Shown piece by piece: positions 1 to 11,900 of a stretch of 64,000 bases of DNA. A model generated the notes under the pieces. That model saw only the letters and a program-made list of their open reading frames with translations, was not told the DNA's origin and searched no databases. Made by a program: the position numbers and the translations under genes. The stretch is from contig JBHGNT010000011.1 in assembly GCA_043228905.1 (NCBI GenBank), positions 19,902,001 to 19,966,000 on the forward strand, written 5' to 3'. The DNA comes from Azolla caroliniana (Eukaryota; Plantae; Polypodiophyta). Within the stretch, counting starts at the first letter, position 1. Every line of letters starts with the position of its first letter.

Positions 1-505
1 GTTATAATCTCTGTTTAGTTGTAATCGATTCTTCCTTAGTGTGATCTCTGCTCAATTGCAATCTTCTCTAAATCGTTGTGACTCTCTATCTGGCTTGGTG
101 TGTTGTCGTGTCATTGTCTGATTCGGCAAGCTATGCGCTTGTCGGCTTTCGAAGGGCTCACATGGATTCAATGGGGCTTCTGATTTGGGGGCTCATGCAA
201 TTGAAAGGGCTCTTGTGGATGCTAACACTCTTTTGGCCAAAGCCATGCACTCCAACACAATTACATGATGTCTAATTAAGATGAAGACTTATCATTTTCA
301 TGGACACCAAACACTATGTTAAGTGTTAGAATATAAAATAAAGAGTAATATTAGGAGAAAAATAAAACATATTATGATAAATAAACCAAGAAATAATTAT
401 TCCTAAAATACCCCTGTTTTATAAAACGTTTTATAACTACCCTCTCTCTTATATATACATATTGTAACCACTATAATTCTTGTGGTGTGAGAACTACAAC
501 TATTA

Positions 506-566
<61 letters not shown>

Positions 567-570
567 GGTG

Positions 571-690
571 AAAACACACAATTATATTAATAAATGTGTG
601 TAAAAAACACTACTCACAATAGGTGTGACAATGGATTATGGTCACCCACTAACTACACTACATAAGTAGTGGAACATGTTGAATTGCCAA
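571..690. repeat. Dispersed repeat following a (CT)n tract; also at ~49073-49180 and partially at ~26386
   Basis: AAAACACACAATTATATTAATAAATGTGTG...CAATGGATTATGGTCA.CCACTAACTAC...GTAGTGGAACATGTTGAATTG recurs at ~49073-49180. Confidence 0.75.
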
Positions 691-1382
691 TAGGCAAGAC
701 GAACACTCCACCAAGGAAAGAATTTCCACTTGCTCCAATAAAGAAAATTGCCACATTAGTACTCCCTTCAACTTTCGTAGATATGCTTTCACTCTATGTC
801 TACCGTCGAATAAAAAGCATTGCGCATATTCCAATTATGAAGCAATCCCCAATATCTTAGAAATAGAAAAATGATCTCCATCTCTGATTTTGGGTCAACC
901 TGTGTAAATTGAGCAAACACCCACTGTCTAGGTGTCAAATAACACTATGATAGAACTGTTGGGAAACAGGTCCCTCCGGATGGGAAGAGAGAAGAATAGT
1001 GCTGATGAGAAACTTAGCCGAGGCCGATAGGCCGAGGCCGAAACCGGATGAGGAGTACCCTGCTACGGAAGACCCAGTGAGAACCAGATGAGGAGTACCC
1101 GGCTACGGAAGACCCGGTGAGAATCGGATGAGGAGTACCCGACTATGGAAGACCCGGTGAGAACCAGATGAGGAGCACCCGACAAGAGCCGGATGGTGAA
1201 GGCCCAGTGAGAAGTGCTCACCGGATGAAGGGACATATTCGTAAATATGTTTTTGAGAGTCCATCGGGGCTATATTTGTAAATAGCCGAAAAGTTATTTT
1301 AGTATAAATATGACTTAGGGCAAACTTAGTGATGTGGTTTTCATTGTCGTTGTCGCGATTGTGAGAGAGCAACCGTGTACAG

Positions 1383-1413
<31 letters not shown>

Positions 1414-4271
1414 TCGAGATATAGAGAGGTCGTTGCCTCTGTTGTAACCGCCGCCTGTGGCGAAGATCGTGAGCACGAGGTCATTGCCTCCATGAGCTCA
1501 CTGTTGTAATCATTGTGATATAGTGATAGTTTGGAGTCTGTGGACTCCCGTGGTTTTTCCCTCTCAGGGTTTTCCACGTTAATATCCTGTGTATTCTCTT
1601 TTCTTTCTGTACGTGCACTTACCTCCATTCTTTATTTCTTCTGTGTTCGACTGTACAAAGTGATTCACTCTTCGGTTGTAGCCGGAGACTATTCCGCGTA
1701 TTCCTTGACAAGAACTTGCCAAATTTGAGAACTGTAACTCCAAATCCGACAAGCAATCGGACATTGTATAAATTGATGAGTATTATCTTCCATTTGAACA
1801 GTGCAAAAGAAACAATTACCCATTGCTAATCCATGATGCTTTAGAGCTGATCCCAAAGACAACCTTCCAATCAAAACTCTCCAAATAAAGACCTTTGCTA
1901 CAAGTGGCAATTTAGAATGCCAACTACGTTGTAAGATCTGCCACCACCCATGATCAGATTTGTGTAATCTCCATTCTTCTTCAACCTTTGATGATAACCA
2001 TCCAAGAGACTCAAGAGAGCAATGATACAAAATATTAGTAGTCACTTGTAACAATGATGTTTGACCCTTTAAACATCAATCTAACCACGGTTGTTCTCTT
2101 GTTTGTTGAGGTAAGGGACCTTGCATCAATGCAATATTTTGTAGTTGTTACCAAATAAACCCATAATTAGGTGGAATTCGTAATAATTGTCGCGCTTCAG
2201 CAAACTCCAAAATTCTTTGAGATGGAGCCTCAACTATATCTCCCACCTCTTTGAGCTCCAAACGAAACAAACGATTAAATTGAGAGTGTAATCTCTCCTT
2301 TCCTTGCCAACATAATAACCGAGAAGACACAAGAAACTATTTTTGCAAAGAATTACAATGCTCTCTACTAGATGATGGTTTCCATACACATAACAAGAGT
2401 GCTTCTTGCCATGAGGTAACCAAGTGTTGAACACATGTAGAGCCCGGAATCCTAAGTGAAATACATCCATTCGGTAATTTCCACCATGAAGCCTTAATCG
2501 TTGTCCTCCCATGTGTTAAACCCTTGTTCTCAATGAAATATTGAACAATAGATATACATGGTTGTGAGTTTGAACACATCTTGTAATAATGAAAATTTGC
2601 GAGCCATCATATGCTTAGATAAGTTCAATATTCCAGCTCCTCCCAAGCGCTTCGGGTTGCTAGATGATTCCATGCAAGCCAAGTGATTCCCATCTTATCC
2701 CTCTTCTTCCACAACAAATATCAAACAGGTTGCAAAATAGAATGCAAAGCCTTCTTTGTCCATGGAAACAATGGCAAATAATATAATATCATGGGTTCCA
2801 TAATACATTGTACAACCTTCAAGCGTACATGAAAAGGCCAAGATTGTGACTCCAATACATGAACTTATCCCTCAACTTACTAGAGATCCATTGAATCAAT
2901 TGACCATTTGTAACATTCATTCCTAATGGATAACCCAAGTGTCGAAAAATAGAGCCTTTCTTCACCACGGATCCTTGCCATCCTAAACATTCCAAATTCC
3001 TTTTAGTATATGATATGAGACTAGACTTCCTCCAATTAATATGTAATCCGGAAGCCAATGCAAATTGGTTCCATACAAGCATCCCCTTCTCAAGATTCTC
3101 TCGTGAGGCTTGTAGAAACTTGAAAGAATCATCAGCCAAAGCTTGTGCTACTAGTTGCCCTCCAGACGGAAGGTGTAGACCCACAATATCACCATTTGTT
3201 GCAAGCCTGGATAGCATCACTAACAAGGGATGAGTAACAATAGCAAACAACAATGGACTATTAGGGCATCATTGACGAACGGATCTTGTGAGGGCAATAT
3301 CTGATGTAACTCCCCCCTTAAGCATTACTCGAGACACCACATCTTGTCCTAATAAAAATATGAAGCGAGACATACGAGGTCCAAAGCCCATTGTGCATTA
3401 ACCCAGAAACAAAGGAACAATTAACATGATCATAAGCTTTCTCCAAATCTAATTGCACCATAATCAATTCTTGATGAGTGTTTTGAGCATAATCCATGGC
3501 CATTTGAACATTCAACACATTATGCAATATATTCCTACCTGCAATAAAACCATATTGGGCGGGATGTATCAACTTTGGCAAATACTTTTGTAATCTATTT
3601 GCCAAGACCTTTGTAAATATCCTATACAATCCCCCCAATCAAAGAAATAGGTCTCCATTGATGAAATGGCTCTAGAGATGCCACCTTTGGAACCAATTTA
3701 ATTAAACCAACCTTCCAAGCTTGAGGCATACGACCAAAATCCCAAGAATGTTGAAACATCAAAGTTAAGGGCCCTTTTAAAATGTTTGAATATCGCTTAA
3801 AAACTTCATTTGTCAAGTCATCCCAATTGGGGCTCTTACCACTAGGAAGATGCCTTAAAACTTTGTCCACGTCATCCTCAGTGAAATCCGCATCCAATTC
3901 ATGACTAATGAGGTCATGCAAGATACATCCAACCACATCATAAAACTCATGACACGCTCTACTCACCTCATTTGTCATTAACAATTGTGGGCCAATCAAC
4001 TCATTAAAGTAATGAACACATATGTCAATTATTGTAGTAGGATCCACTATCAATTCATCCCCTTGCTTCACATGTACCACATTAGATCGAGTATAAGTAG
4101 GATGTAATGCTTGAAAAAAAGAAGAGATTGACATTGATTATCTATAAGCCCTTCCCTCAATTGTCGCATCTAAAAGCTCCTCATCTAATGGTGCATGTAT
4201 CAATAATGCATTACACCTGGAGAGAACTTGTGAGAATTGTCGAAGAAGACCTCTTTCTCGTTGAGCATTAG
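690..4271 (-). mobile_element. Decayed L1-type LINE ORF2 (RT + zf-RVT); 5' end lost, split by a solo LTR at 957-1710
   Basis: Minus-strand ORF pieces: WRPISL (3622-4134), KVLANRL...QYGFIAGRNI...LDLEKAYDHV (3318-3638), LADDS and RHLGYPLG (2819-3253), zf-RVT KVFIWR...CFFC...THQFIQCP (1689-2054). The reading continues across the solo LTR into a W..W..RN-type C-terminus near 800-950. Left boundary approximate. Confidence 0.9.
957..1710 (+). mobile_element. Solo LTR of the young Copia family (related to elements at 8990 and 27977)
   Basis: TGTTGG...TGACA termini with identical 5-bp TSD AGAAC (952-956, 1711-1715). Shares the TATAAATATGACTTAGGGCAAAC core and CCGG-rich repeats with the other LTRs. 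Confidence 0.93.
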
Positions 4272-4337
4272 TGTAAAGAATCAAGAGATGGATTCTTATG
4301 AAGCGGAAGACATGTGAGTTATGTGTGTGTGTGTGTA

Positions 4338-4374
<37 letters not shown>

Positions 4375-5162
4375 GAGAGTGAGTGAAACACAAAGAATAC
4401 GCAACGTAAAAGTACATTGACAAAGGAGAAAAACTCAACATTATACAAGGTGGGAGGAGGGTGCTTTATGTAGTCACCCTCTCTCTTCATTAACTACAAG
4501 CCTCATGGAGCATGGGGAATGTGAAAGCTCATAAGTTATGTGTCATAGAATATGATTCTATGACTCATACTAAATGCTAGAATACAAAGTGGTGACATAA
4601 TCGTGACTCTTGACCATTGGAGTGTCTCTTCACTCTCAAGGTGAGTTCACACACTAGACCAAGTTGAGCTTGATTCTCAACACGCCCCCTCAAGCTCAAG
4701 TCGGGTCGGTTTCAGACGGTATCCGAAATCCGCTTCGACTCGCGTTCCGGAGTCCGCATCGACTCGCGTTTATGCGGAGTTGCGGAATCCGTGCTCCAGC
4801 TTGCGTTGTGCGTAGTTGCGAAGTCTGTGCTTCGGCTTGCGTCTTTCTTCGCGGCTTTGCGTTGTAGATCGGCTCTTTGCGGCTTTGCGTAGTGTGCGTG
4901 GTTTGCGGAATCCACCCATTATTGCGTAATGTATTCAGTACTCCCCCTCAAGCTTGGCAGGTTAGGGATCGTCAATCCAAGATCGGTCATAAATTGCCAT
5001 AGCTTGTCGGCTCCTAAGGCTTTAGTGAAGATGTCGGTCGTTTGAAGATTGGTGCTAATGTGTTGTAGGTCGACATCGCCAGCCAGAACGCGCTCTCGGA
5101 TGAAGTGATAGTGCACTTCGATGCGCTTTTTCCGCGCGTGGAACACCGGGTTCCGAGCCAGA
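4272..5162 (-). mobile_element. Copia 3' remnant ('D'): RNase H C-terminus, 3' spacer, PPT and 3' LTR (4272-4682)
   Basis: ARNPVFHARKKRIEVHYHFIRERV...DIFTKAL on the minus strand. PPT TTGAGGGGGCG abuts TGTTGAG at 4682; the LTR ends ...TCTTTACA at 4272. The same LTR family occurs at 52121-52565. Confidence 0.88.
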
Positions 5163-5906
5163 GGAGAAGGGTTTCCGCTTCCCGAAGGCTGCTTAAGTTG
5201 CTTCCTTCGTCCAGGTAGGCGTTTTGTTGCAAACGGAGCGACTCCTCCGCCACTTTTCGGATCACTTTGGAAAATGATCGATCCGTTCGGATTTCTTCCA
5301 CTGCTTGCTGAAAAGCCTCTCGCCGCCGTCTCCGTTCAACAAGTCTTCGTGCTCTCTCCATAACCGGGTCGTCTGTTGGCCTAGTCATTCATTCCTACCG
5401 CTGTTCACTGCGATAATGCAGGAATCGTGGTTGCCAAAAACTGTGTTATTGCTAAGGCCGGACAACATCCTAACATAGGGTGTCCACTCAAGAAACGTCA
5501 CCAAAGGGTGGTACCACAGAGTGACTTACGGCACAACGCTTAATTAGACCTTAATCGATTACTTAGCCCTCCATAATTAACACGCGTAAGATATGACAAT
5601 AATTAGAGAACGGTAGTCAACACTTGAAGATTAAGACCATAAGCTTTATTAATTATCCGCTCCTGATTACATTGTAACCGGGCCTTTATATAGGTCTCCG
5701 GTGCAAAATGCAAAACGGTGCCAACCGGCACCTTTACGGTATCGTTCCGGATCCGGATCGGCATACCGATTCTGGTCCGTCCGTCCACATCTTCTTATAT
5801 AATAATATGTATATATTAAGACTACTAATTCCAACAGTTCCCGAATAACTATTCCTTTCACACTCTGGTTTGGACCTCCTTTAGCCTTCTTTGCTGGCCA
5901 GTAACA
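5163..5906 (-). mobile_element. LTR-retrotransposon 5' remnant ('G', probably Ty3/Gypsy): LTR 5442-5906, PBS-like site, start of a gag-like ORF
   Basis: Minus strand TGTTAC...AACACA with internal CTATATAAAGG and AATAAA, then TGGCAACCAC (resembles an Arg-tRNA-type PBS, not the Met PBS of the Copias), then ATG at 5388 (MTRPTDDPVMERARR...). Directly abuts Copia RT sequence at 5907. Confidence 0.6.
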
Positions 5907-7560
5907 GAGATGCCAACAACCCCCCAAGATTAAAAGCCAGGATCGTGGTGCAGGGGTTCCAACAGAAGAAGCACGTGGACTTCGACAAGATATTTGCCGT
6001 GGTAGTGAAGTTGACTTCCATCCGGATGGTGATGAGTATAGCGGCAAGCATGGACCTCGACGTAGAGCAGTTAGACGTGAAGACATCATTCCTCCATGGC
6101 GACCTCGAAGAGGAGATCTACATGCATCAACGAGAGGGATTTGTGAAGAAAGGGAAGGAGCACTTGGTCTGCCAGTTGAAGAAGAGCCTCTATGGTTTGA
6201 AGCAGGCTCCCTGGCAATGGTACCGGAAGTTTGACTCCTTCATGACCGACCAAGGGTACCAGAAGACACAGGCCGATCACTGCATATTTGTGAAGAAATT
6301 CGACGGAGGATACTTCTTGATATTGCTCCTATAAGTGGACAACATGTTGATCGTCGGATGAGACCAAGTCAAGATACGGATGCTGAAGAAGGCCCTGAAC
6401 CGGACCTTCTTAATGAAAGACTTGGGTCCTGCAAGACAGATACTGGGTATGCATATCACCGGGACCGGTCAACGATGCAATTGTGGCTGCCACAAGAGAA
6501 GTACGTGACAAAGGTGCTTCAGCAGTTCAACATGTCAGATGCGAAACCGGTCGGATCAACACTCCTGGCAAATTGCAGGCTATCCGGTAAGCAAAGCCTG
6601 AAAACGAAGGCAGAGAAGGCGGATATGATGAAGATACCATATGTCTCTGCCGTCGGGATGGTGTGTACTCGACCGGATATCGGATACACAGTCGGAGTGG
6701 TGAGCTGGTTTATGAGCAATCCCGGCAAGGAGCACTAGAATGCGGTAAAATGGATACTCTGGTACTTGAAAGGCACCTCATGTATGTGCCTCCAATTTGG
6801 CTCCGGTAAACCCTACCTTGACGGTTTCACAGATTCGGATATGTCGGCTGACGTGGATACCAACCAGTCAACATCCGGATATGTCATGACATATGCAGGG
6901 GGAGTTGTTTCGTGGCAATCAAGGCTATAGAAGACGGTTGCGTTGTCAACCATGGAAGCGGAGTACATGGCAGTTGTGGAAGCCGGCAAGGAAATACTGT
7001 GGATGAAGGACTTCATCGGAGAGCTAGGGATCCGGCAAGAGGAATACCGGCTCTACTACAACAGTCAGAGTGCCATCCACCTTGCAAAGAACGGTGCCTA
7101 TCATTCCAGGACAAAGCACATCCAGCATAGGTACCACTGGATCCGGGAGCGAGTAGAAGATCGGGAATTCGTGCTGACGAAAATCCACACAGAGGAGAAC
7201 GAGTCAAATATGTTGACCAAGGTCCTGACACCCGACAAGTTGGACGCATGCCGGAAGCGAATTGGATTGACGAGGCATCCCATGCCGGAGTGAAGGGGGA
7301 GTTTGTTAGGATTTCGGTCCCTCCGGATGGGATGATGAAGGCCCGGTGAGAACCAGATGATGCAGGCTTGGTGAGAACCTCTCACTGGATGAAGGGACAT
7401 ATAGATAAATATGTTTTTGAGATCCCGTTGGGGCTATACTTGTAAATAGTCCTAATGTCATATTAGTATAAATGTGACCTAGGGCAAACACTGATAGTGA
7501 GTTGTCATTATTTTGTATAGAGTTATTTTTTTGTGTAACTATTGTACAGAGCGTAGCAGA

Positions 7561-7612
<52 letters not shown>

Positions 7613-7837
7613 GAGTGAGTCTCTGTTGTAACCGCCGCCATGCGATATCGTGAGCATGAGGTGATATAGTGATATAGTTGGAGTTTGTGGGCTCCCGTGG
7701 TTTTTCCACGTTAACATCCTGTGCATTCTCTTCTGTTTGTGTATTTACTTCCATTTCTCATCTTACTATGTTTGATTATCATTAAGTGATCTAAGTCTTG
7801 GTTGTGGCCGAAGATTATTCCGCATATTCTCTTATCG
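5907..7837 (+). mobile_element. 5'-truncated Copia ('F') of the young family: decayed RT-RNase H, PPT and 3' LTR (7304-~7837)
   Basis: KARIVVQGFQQ, QLDVKTSFLHG, LKKSLYGLKQAP and YHSRTKHI motifs with stops and frameshifts. GAAGGGGGAG PPT is followed by TGTTAGG at 7304. Confidence 0.9.
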
Positions 7838-7904
7838 TAATTACTCTCTCTCTCTCTCTTTCTTTTTTTCTTTCTTTTCTCATTATTATTATTAATATTA
7901 TTTT

Positions 7905-8110
7905 ATCGTAATTACTTTACCCTAGTGGTAAGTTGTTAGCACTACAAGCACTGTGTTGTGGGTTCAAAACCCGACTTCCTCACCTCTCTATTATATACTT
8001 CTTATATATCTCCTAATTCACTAGATGCCACTATGGAATGTAGGGGTTGAATCCATGACCACCCGGTCTCCACTGGGCAACCTTACCAATTGAGCTACAT
8101 CAATGTGGGC
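7905..8110. repeat. ~200-bp repeat with two convergent tRNA-like (A-box/B-box) modules; SINE-like
   Basis: Plus strand: TAGTGG (7923) and GGTTCAAAACCC (7961). Minus strand: TAGCTCAATTGG (8097-8086) and GGATTCAACCC (8054-8044). Colinear copy at 48821-49032. Confidence 0.6.
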
Positions 8111-8989
8111 TCTCTCTCTCTCTTGTGTTATTGCTTGATTTCTTACATGGTATAAGAGCAAATTAGAGACATCAATCAAAACACAAAACATTTTGTTCTT
8201 AGATTGATCTAGACGATCTAAGCAAGATGGAGATCGAAGGAGAATCAAAAAACCTATCCACGTCCACATCAAACAATCACCATCCTACAAATCCATCAAG
8301 TATGGTAAGAAAATATGTAGTTGAGAAACTAACTACTCACAATTACAAGATGTGGAAGACACGGATGGAGTTGATAATGGATCGTAATAATCTAAAAGAA
8401 ATAGTAGATGGTTCCATGAAAATGCCTAGTAAACTAGAACTTGGGAGGAGCATGTGGAAAAGCAGAGACCTTGATGCTAGAATGGAGATAATAATGCACT
8501 TGAGCGATGAGAAAGTCAATTATGTTCGAAACTGTTGAGCGGCAAGCTCAACTAGAGCCGGATCGGCTGAATAAGCCTGAGCCGGTAAGCAAGATGAATC
8601 GGTATGCCGGTGAGCAACCGAACCGATAAGCAGTAAGGACCGGTGAGCTGGGGAGCCGGTATGCCGGATCCAATCCATAACCGGAAGCCTAGTATACGTT
8701 AGACTACTAGGCAGTTATAGTCTCGTAGTTAGTGTCAGATGCTCGTGTGAGCATTGAAGTACACCGTACTTCTAACAGTCCCGTGTGGACTTGTATAAAT
8801 AGCACTGATGAGCGCGTTGTAGATACAGAGCACAGAGTATTCATATAATTTTGAAGAATAGTGTGTCCTGCTCTCTCTCTCTCTCTCTCTCTCTCCCACG
8901 TACTCTCTCTCTCTCTCTTTGTGTATTGTTCTTTCTAACGCTTCCACAAGCAATCTTTTACATGGTATCAGAGCACGTGGGTTGAGAAC

Positions 8990-11900
8990 TGTTGGGATTT
9001 CGGTCCCTTTCGGATGGGATGGTCGGATATCGGAGATGAATGCCGACAAGCCCGGTTTCGGTTTCGGATCCGGATGACGAAGACCCCGGCTTCGGTGCCG
9101 GATGACGAATGTACCCGGAGAGCGATCCGGATGCAGGGACATATCCGTGAATATGTTCGCTATGGGCCCCTGAGGCTATAGTTGTAAATAGCCCAAAGTC
9201 ATATAAGTATAAATATGACTTAGGGCAAACAGTTTTACTGTTGCTTCTCATTTTTCTGTTTTTCCACTTTTAGAGGAGTGAAGAGAGAGCAGCCGTGAGA
9301 GAGAGAGCAGCCGTGAGAGAGAGAGAGCGTGAGAGAGGAAGAGGTCGACGCCTCTGTGTAATACCGCCGCCTGTGGCGAAGAAAGCGAGCTCAAGGTCGT
9401 TGCCTTGCAGCTCGCCATTGTATATTTCTCTGTGCATAGTTTGGTTTGGAGTCTCGCACTCCCGTGGTTTTTCCCGTATAGGGTTTTCCACGTTAATCCT
9501 TGTGTACTCGCGTCTTGTTTCTCCGTGTGGTTCCTATTTTCTGCTCCATTGATTCGCGATTACTCGGTCGTGGCTGAGTGGAGAAGGTGAATCGAAGCGT
9601 CGATTCCCAACAAACTGGTATCAGAGCGACTGTTGCAGAAAATGGAAGGCGGCGGCAGCGGGCAGCCGGGGATGATGGTGCTGAATGCACAGAATTACGC
9701 CGACTGGAAGATCAAGATGGAGGATCTTCTGATTGTTCGGGACCTGTACGAACCGATTGACAGGTCGGAAATACCGAAGGGGGTACTTGAGTCAGAGTGG
9801 AAGCTCCTGAACCGGAAAGCCGTAGCGACGATCCGACAATATGTCGATGTAAGCGTCCTACAACATGTGGCGAACGACACCAACGCATATGAGATGTGGA
9901 AGAAGCTGTCGGGCCTCTACGAGAGGAAGAATGCGTTGAACCGGACCTCCCTGATGAGGAAGATAGTGAATCTCAAGTACCGGGATGGCGAGAGTATGGT
10001 GGAACACGTAAGCACGTTCATGGGATTCGTGAATCAGCTTGCGGCGATCAAGTTCCCGTTGGAGGATGCAATGCAAGCCATCATCCTGATGTGTACATTG
10101 CCGGAAAGCTGGGAGAACTTGGTGGTAACTCTCAGCACCTCCTGCGCCGAAGATAACTTGTCCTTACAAACGGTAAAGACAAGTATTTTGAATGAAGAAG
10201 CGCGTCGGAGAGATAAGGAACCGGCCTCTGACCCGAAGATGTTGTTTACCGAATCGGATCGGGGAAGACAATGGAACCGGAGTCCGCAAAGACGGGAGAA
10301 GTCGGGGACCCGGTCGCAGTCAAGAGGAAGGCCCACATGCTTCCACTGTGGGAAGCCCGGGCACTTCCGAAAGAATTGTCGGCATTACCGAAAGGACAAT
10401 GGAACCGACAACACCGATTCGAAGAAGTCACCGGAGAGAAACGGTGCATACCGGGGAGCCACGGACCGAAATGGTTCGGATCGGCGAGGACAGGACCGGA
10501 AAGGAACGACGGCACTCGCGGCAAGTGAAGAGGAGACCATGCTCATCACCGAAGAAGGTGAACTAAACATTGCCGGCGATGAGACGACCTGGGTGGTCGA
10601 TTCCGGAGCATCGTTCCACCTGACCCCGGAGAGAAGATACTTCTCATCCTACACAGCCGGCGAGCATGGCTGTGTTCGGATGGGAAACGAAGGTACGTGC
10701 CGGATTGCCGGCATAGGAGACGTGTGGTTGACAACCCCGACCGGATGCAAAATGCTGCTGAAGAATGTCCGACACGTTCCGGAGGTCCGACTGAACCTGA
10801 TTTCGGCCGGGAGGCTAGATGATGAAGGCTACACGGGTAGCATCCGGAACGGTGTCATGAAGTTCAGCAAGGGGAGCTTGATAGTGGCTCGGGCCCGGAA
10901 GGTCAACACACTGTACCTGATGAATGCCTGGTTATGTCCGGAAGAGCTGAATGTGGCAGCCGACACTGCCGGTGAGCTGTGGCACAAAAGACTGTGCCAC
11001 ATGAGTGAGAAGGGGATGAAGAGGCTTGCAGAAGACAACCTTATTCCAGTGAAGCACGTGCACCTGGAGAAGTGCACCGATTGCCTGGCCGGTAAGCAGA
11101 ACCGAACCTCCTTCCATTCAAGGCCACCGACGAGACGTAGCGCACCATTGGAGTTGGTGCACACTGATGTGTGTCAGGTAGAAACGAAGTCACATGGCGG
11201 AGCCCAGTACTTCGTAACATTCATTGATGATCACAGCCGGAAGCTGTGGACGGCACCGTTGAAGACAAAGGACCAAGTGTTGTGCGTCTTCAAAGAACTC
11301 CACGCGAGAGTGGAAAGGGAATCCGGCAAGAAGCTGAAAGCGATACGAGCGGATAACGGAGGGGAATATCGGGGGCAGTTCCAGGAGTACTGTCGCTCGA
11401 AGGGAATCCGGCTCGAGTTTACTGTGCCGAAGACGCCGGAACTAAACGGGCTGGCCGAGAGGATGAACCGGACCATAATGGAGAGGGTCCGGAGTATGCT
11501 GGCGCATGCGGAATTACCCAAGGGTTTTTGGGCTGAGGCGATGTCGACGGCGACATACGTGATAAACAGATCACCCTCAGTACCTTTGGACGGAGACACG
11601 CCGCAGAGAGTGTGGACCGGTAGGGAAGTATCCTACCGGCATCTGAAGGTGTTCGGGTGTCTCGCATACGTGCATGTGGCAAAGGACCGGAGAGGAAAGC
11701 TAGATCCAAAGACCCGGCCATGCATATTCCTCGGATACGGCGACGACGAGTTCGGCTACCGAGTATGGGACCCGGTTGACAAGAAGATATTCAGGAGTCG
11801 AGACATCATCTTCATGGAGGACAAGACACTCGCCGACTGGGAGTCGGAGAAGAAGATGAAGAGCTCCAAGTCAACCGGTGAGGATAAACTCTACGAGGAG

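Noticed and set aside
7921-7975. Functional tRNA gene
   Set aside because: Only A/B-box-like motifs are present; no convincing cloverleaf could be built and the copies are diverged.
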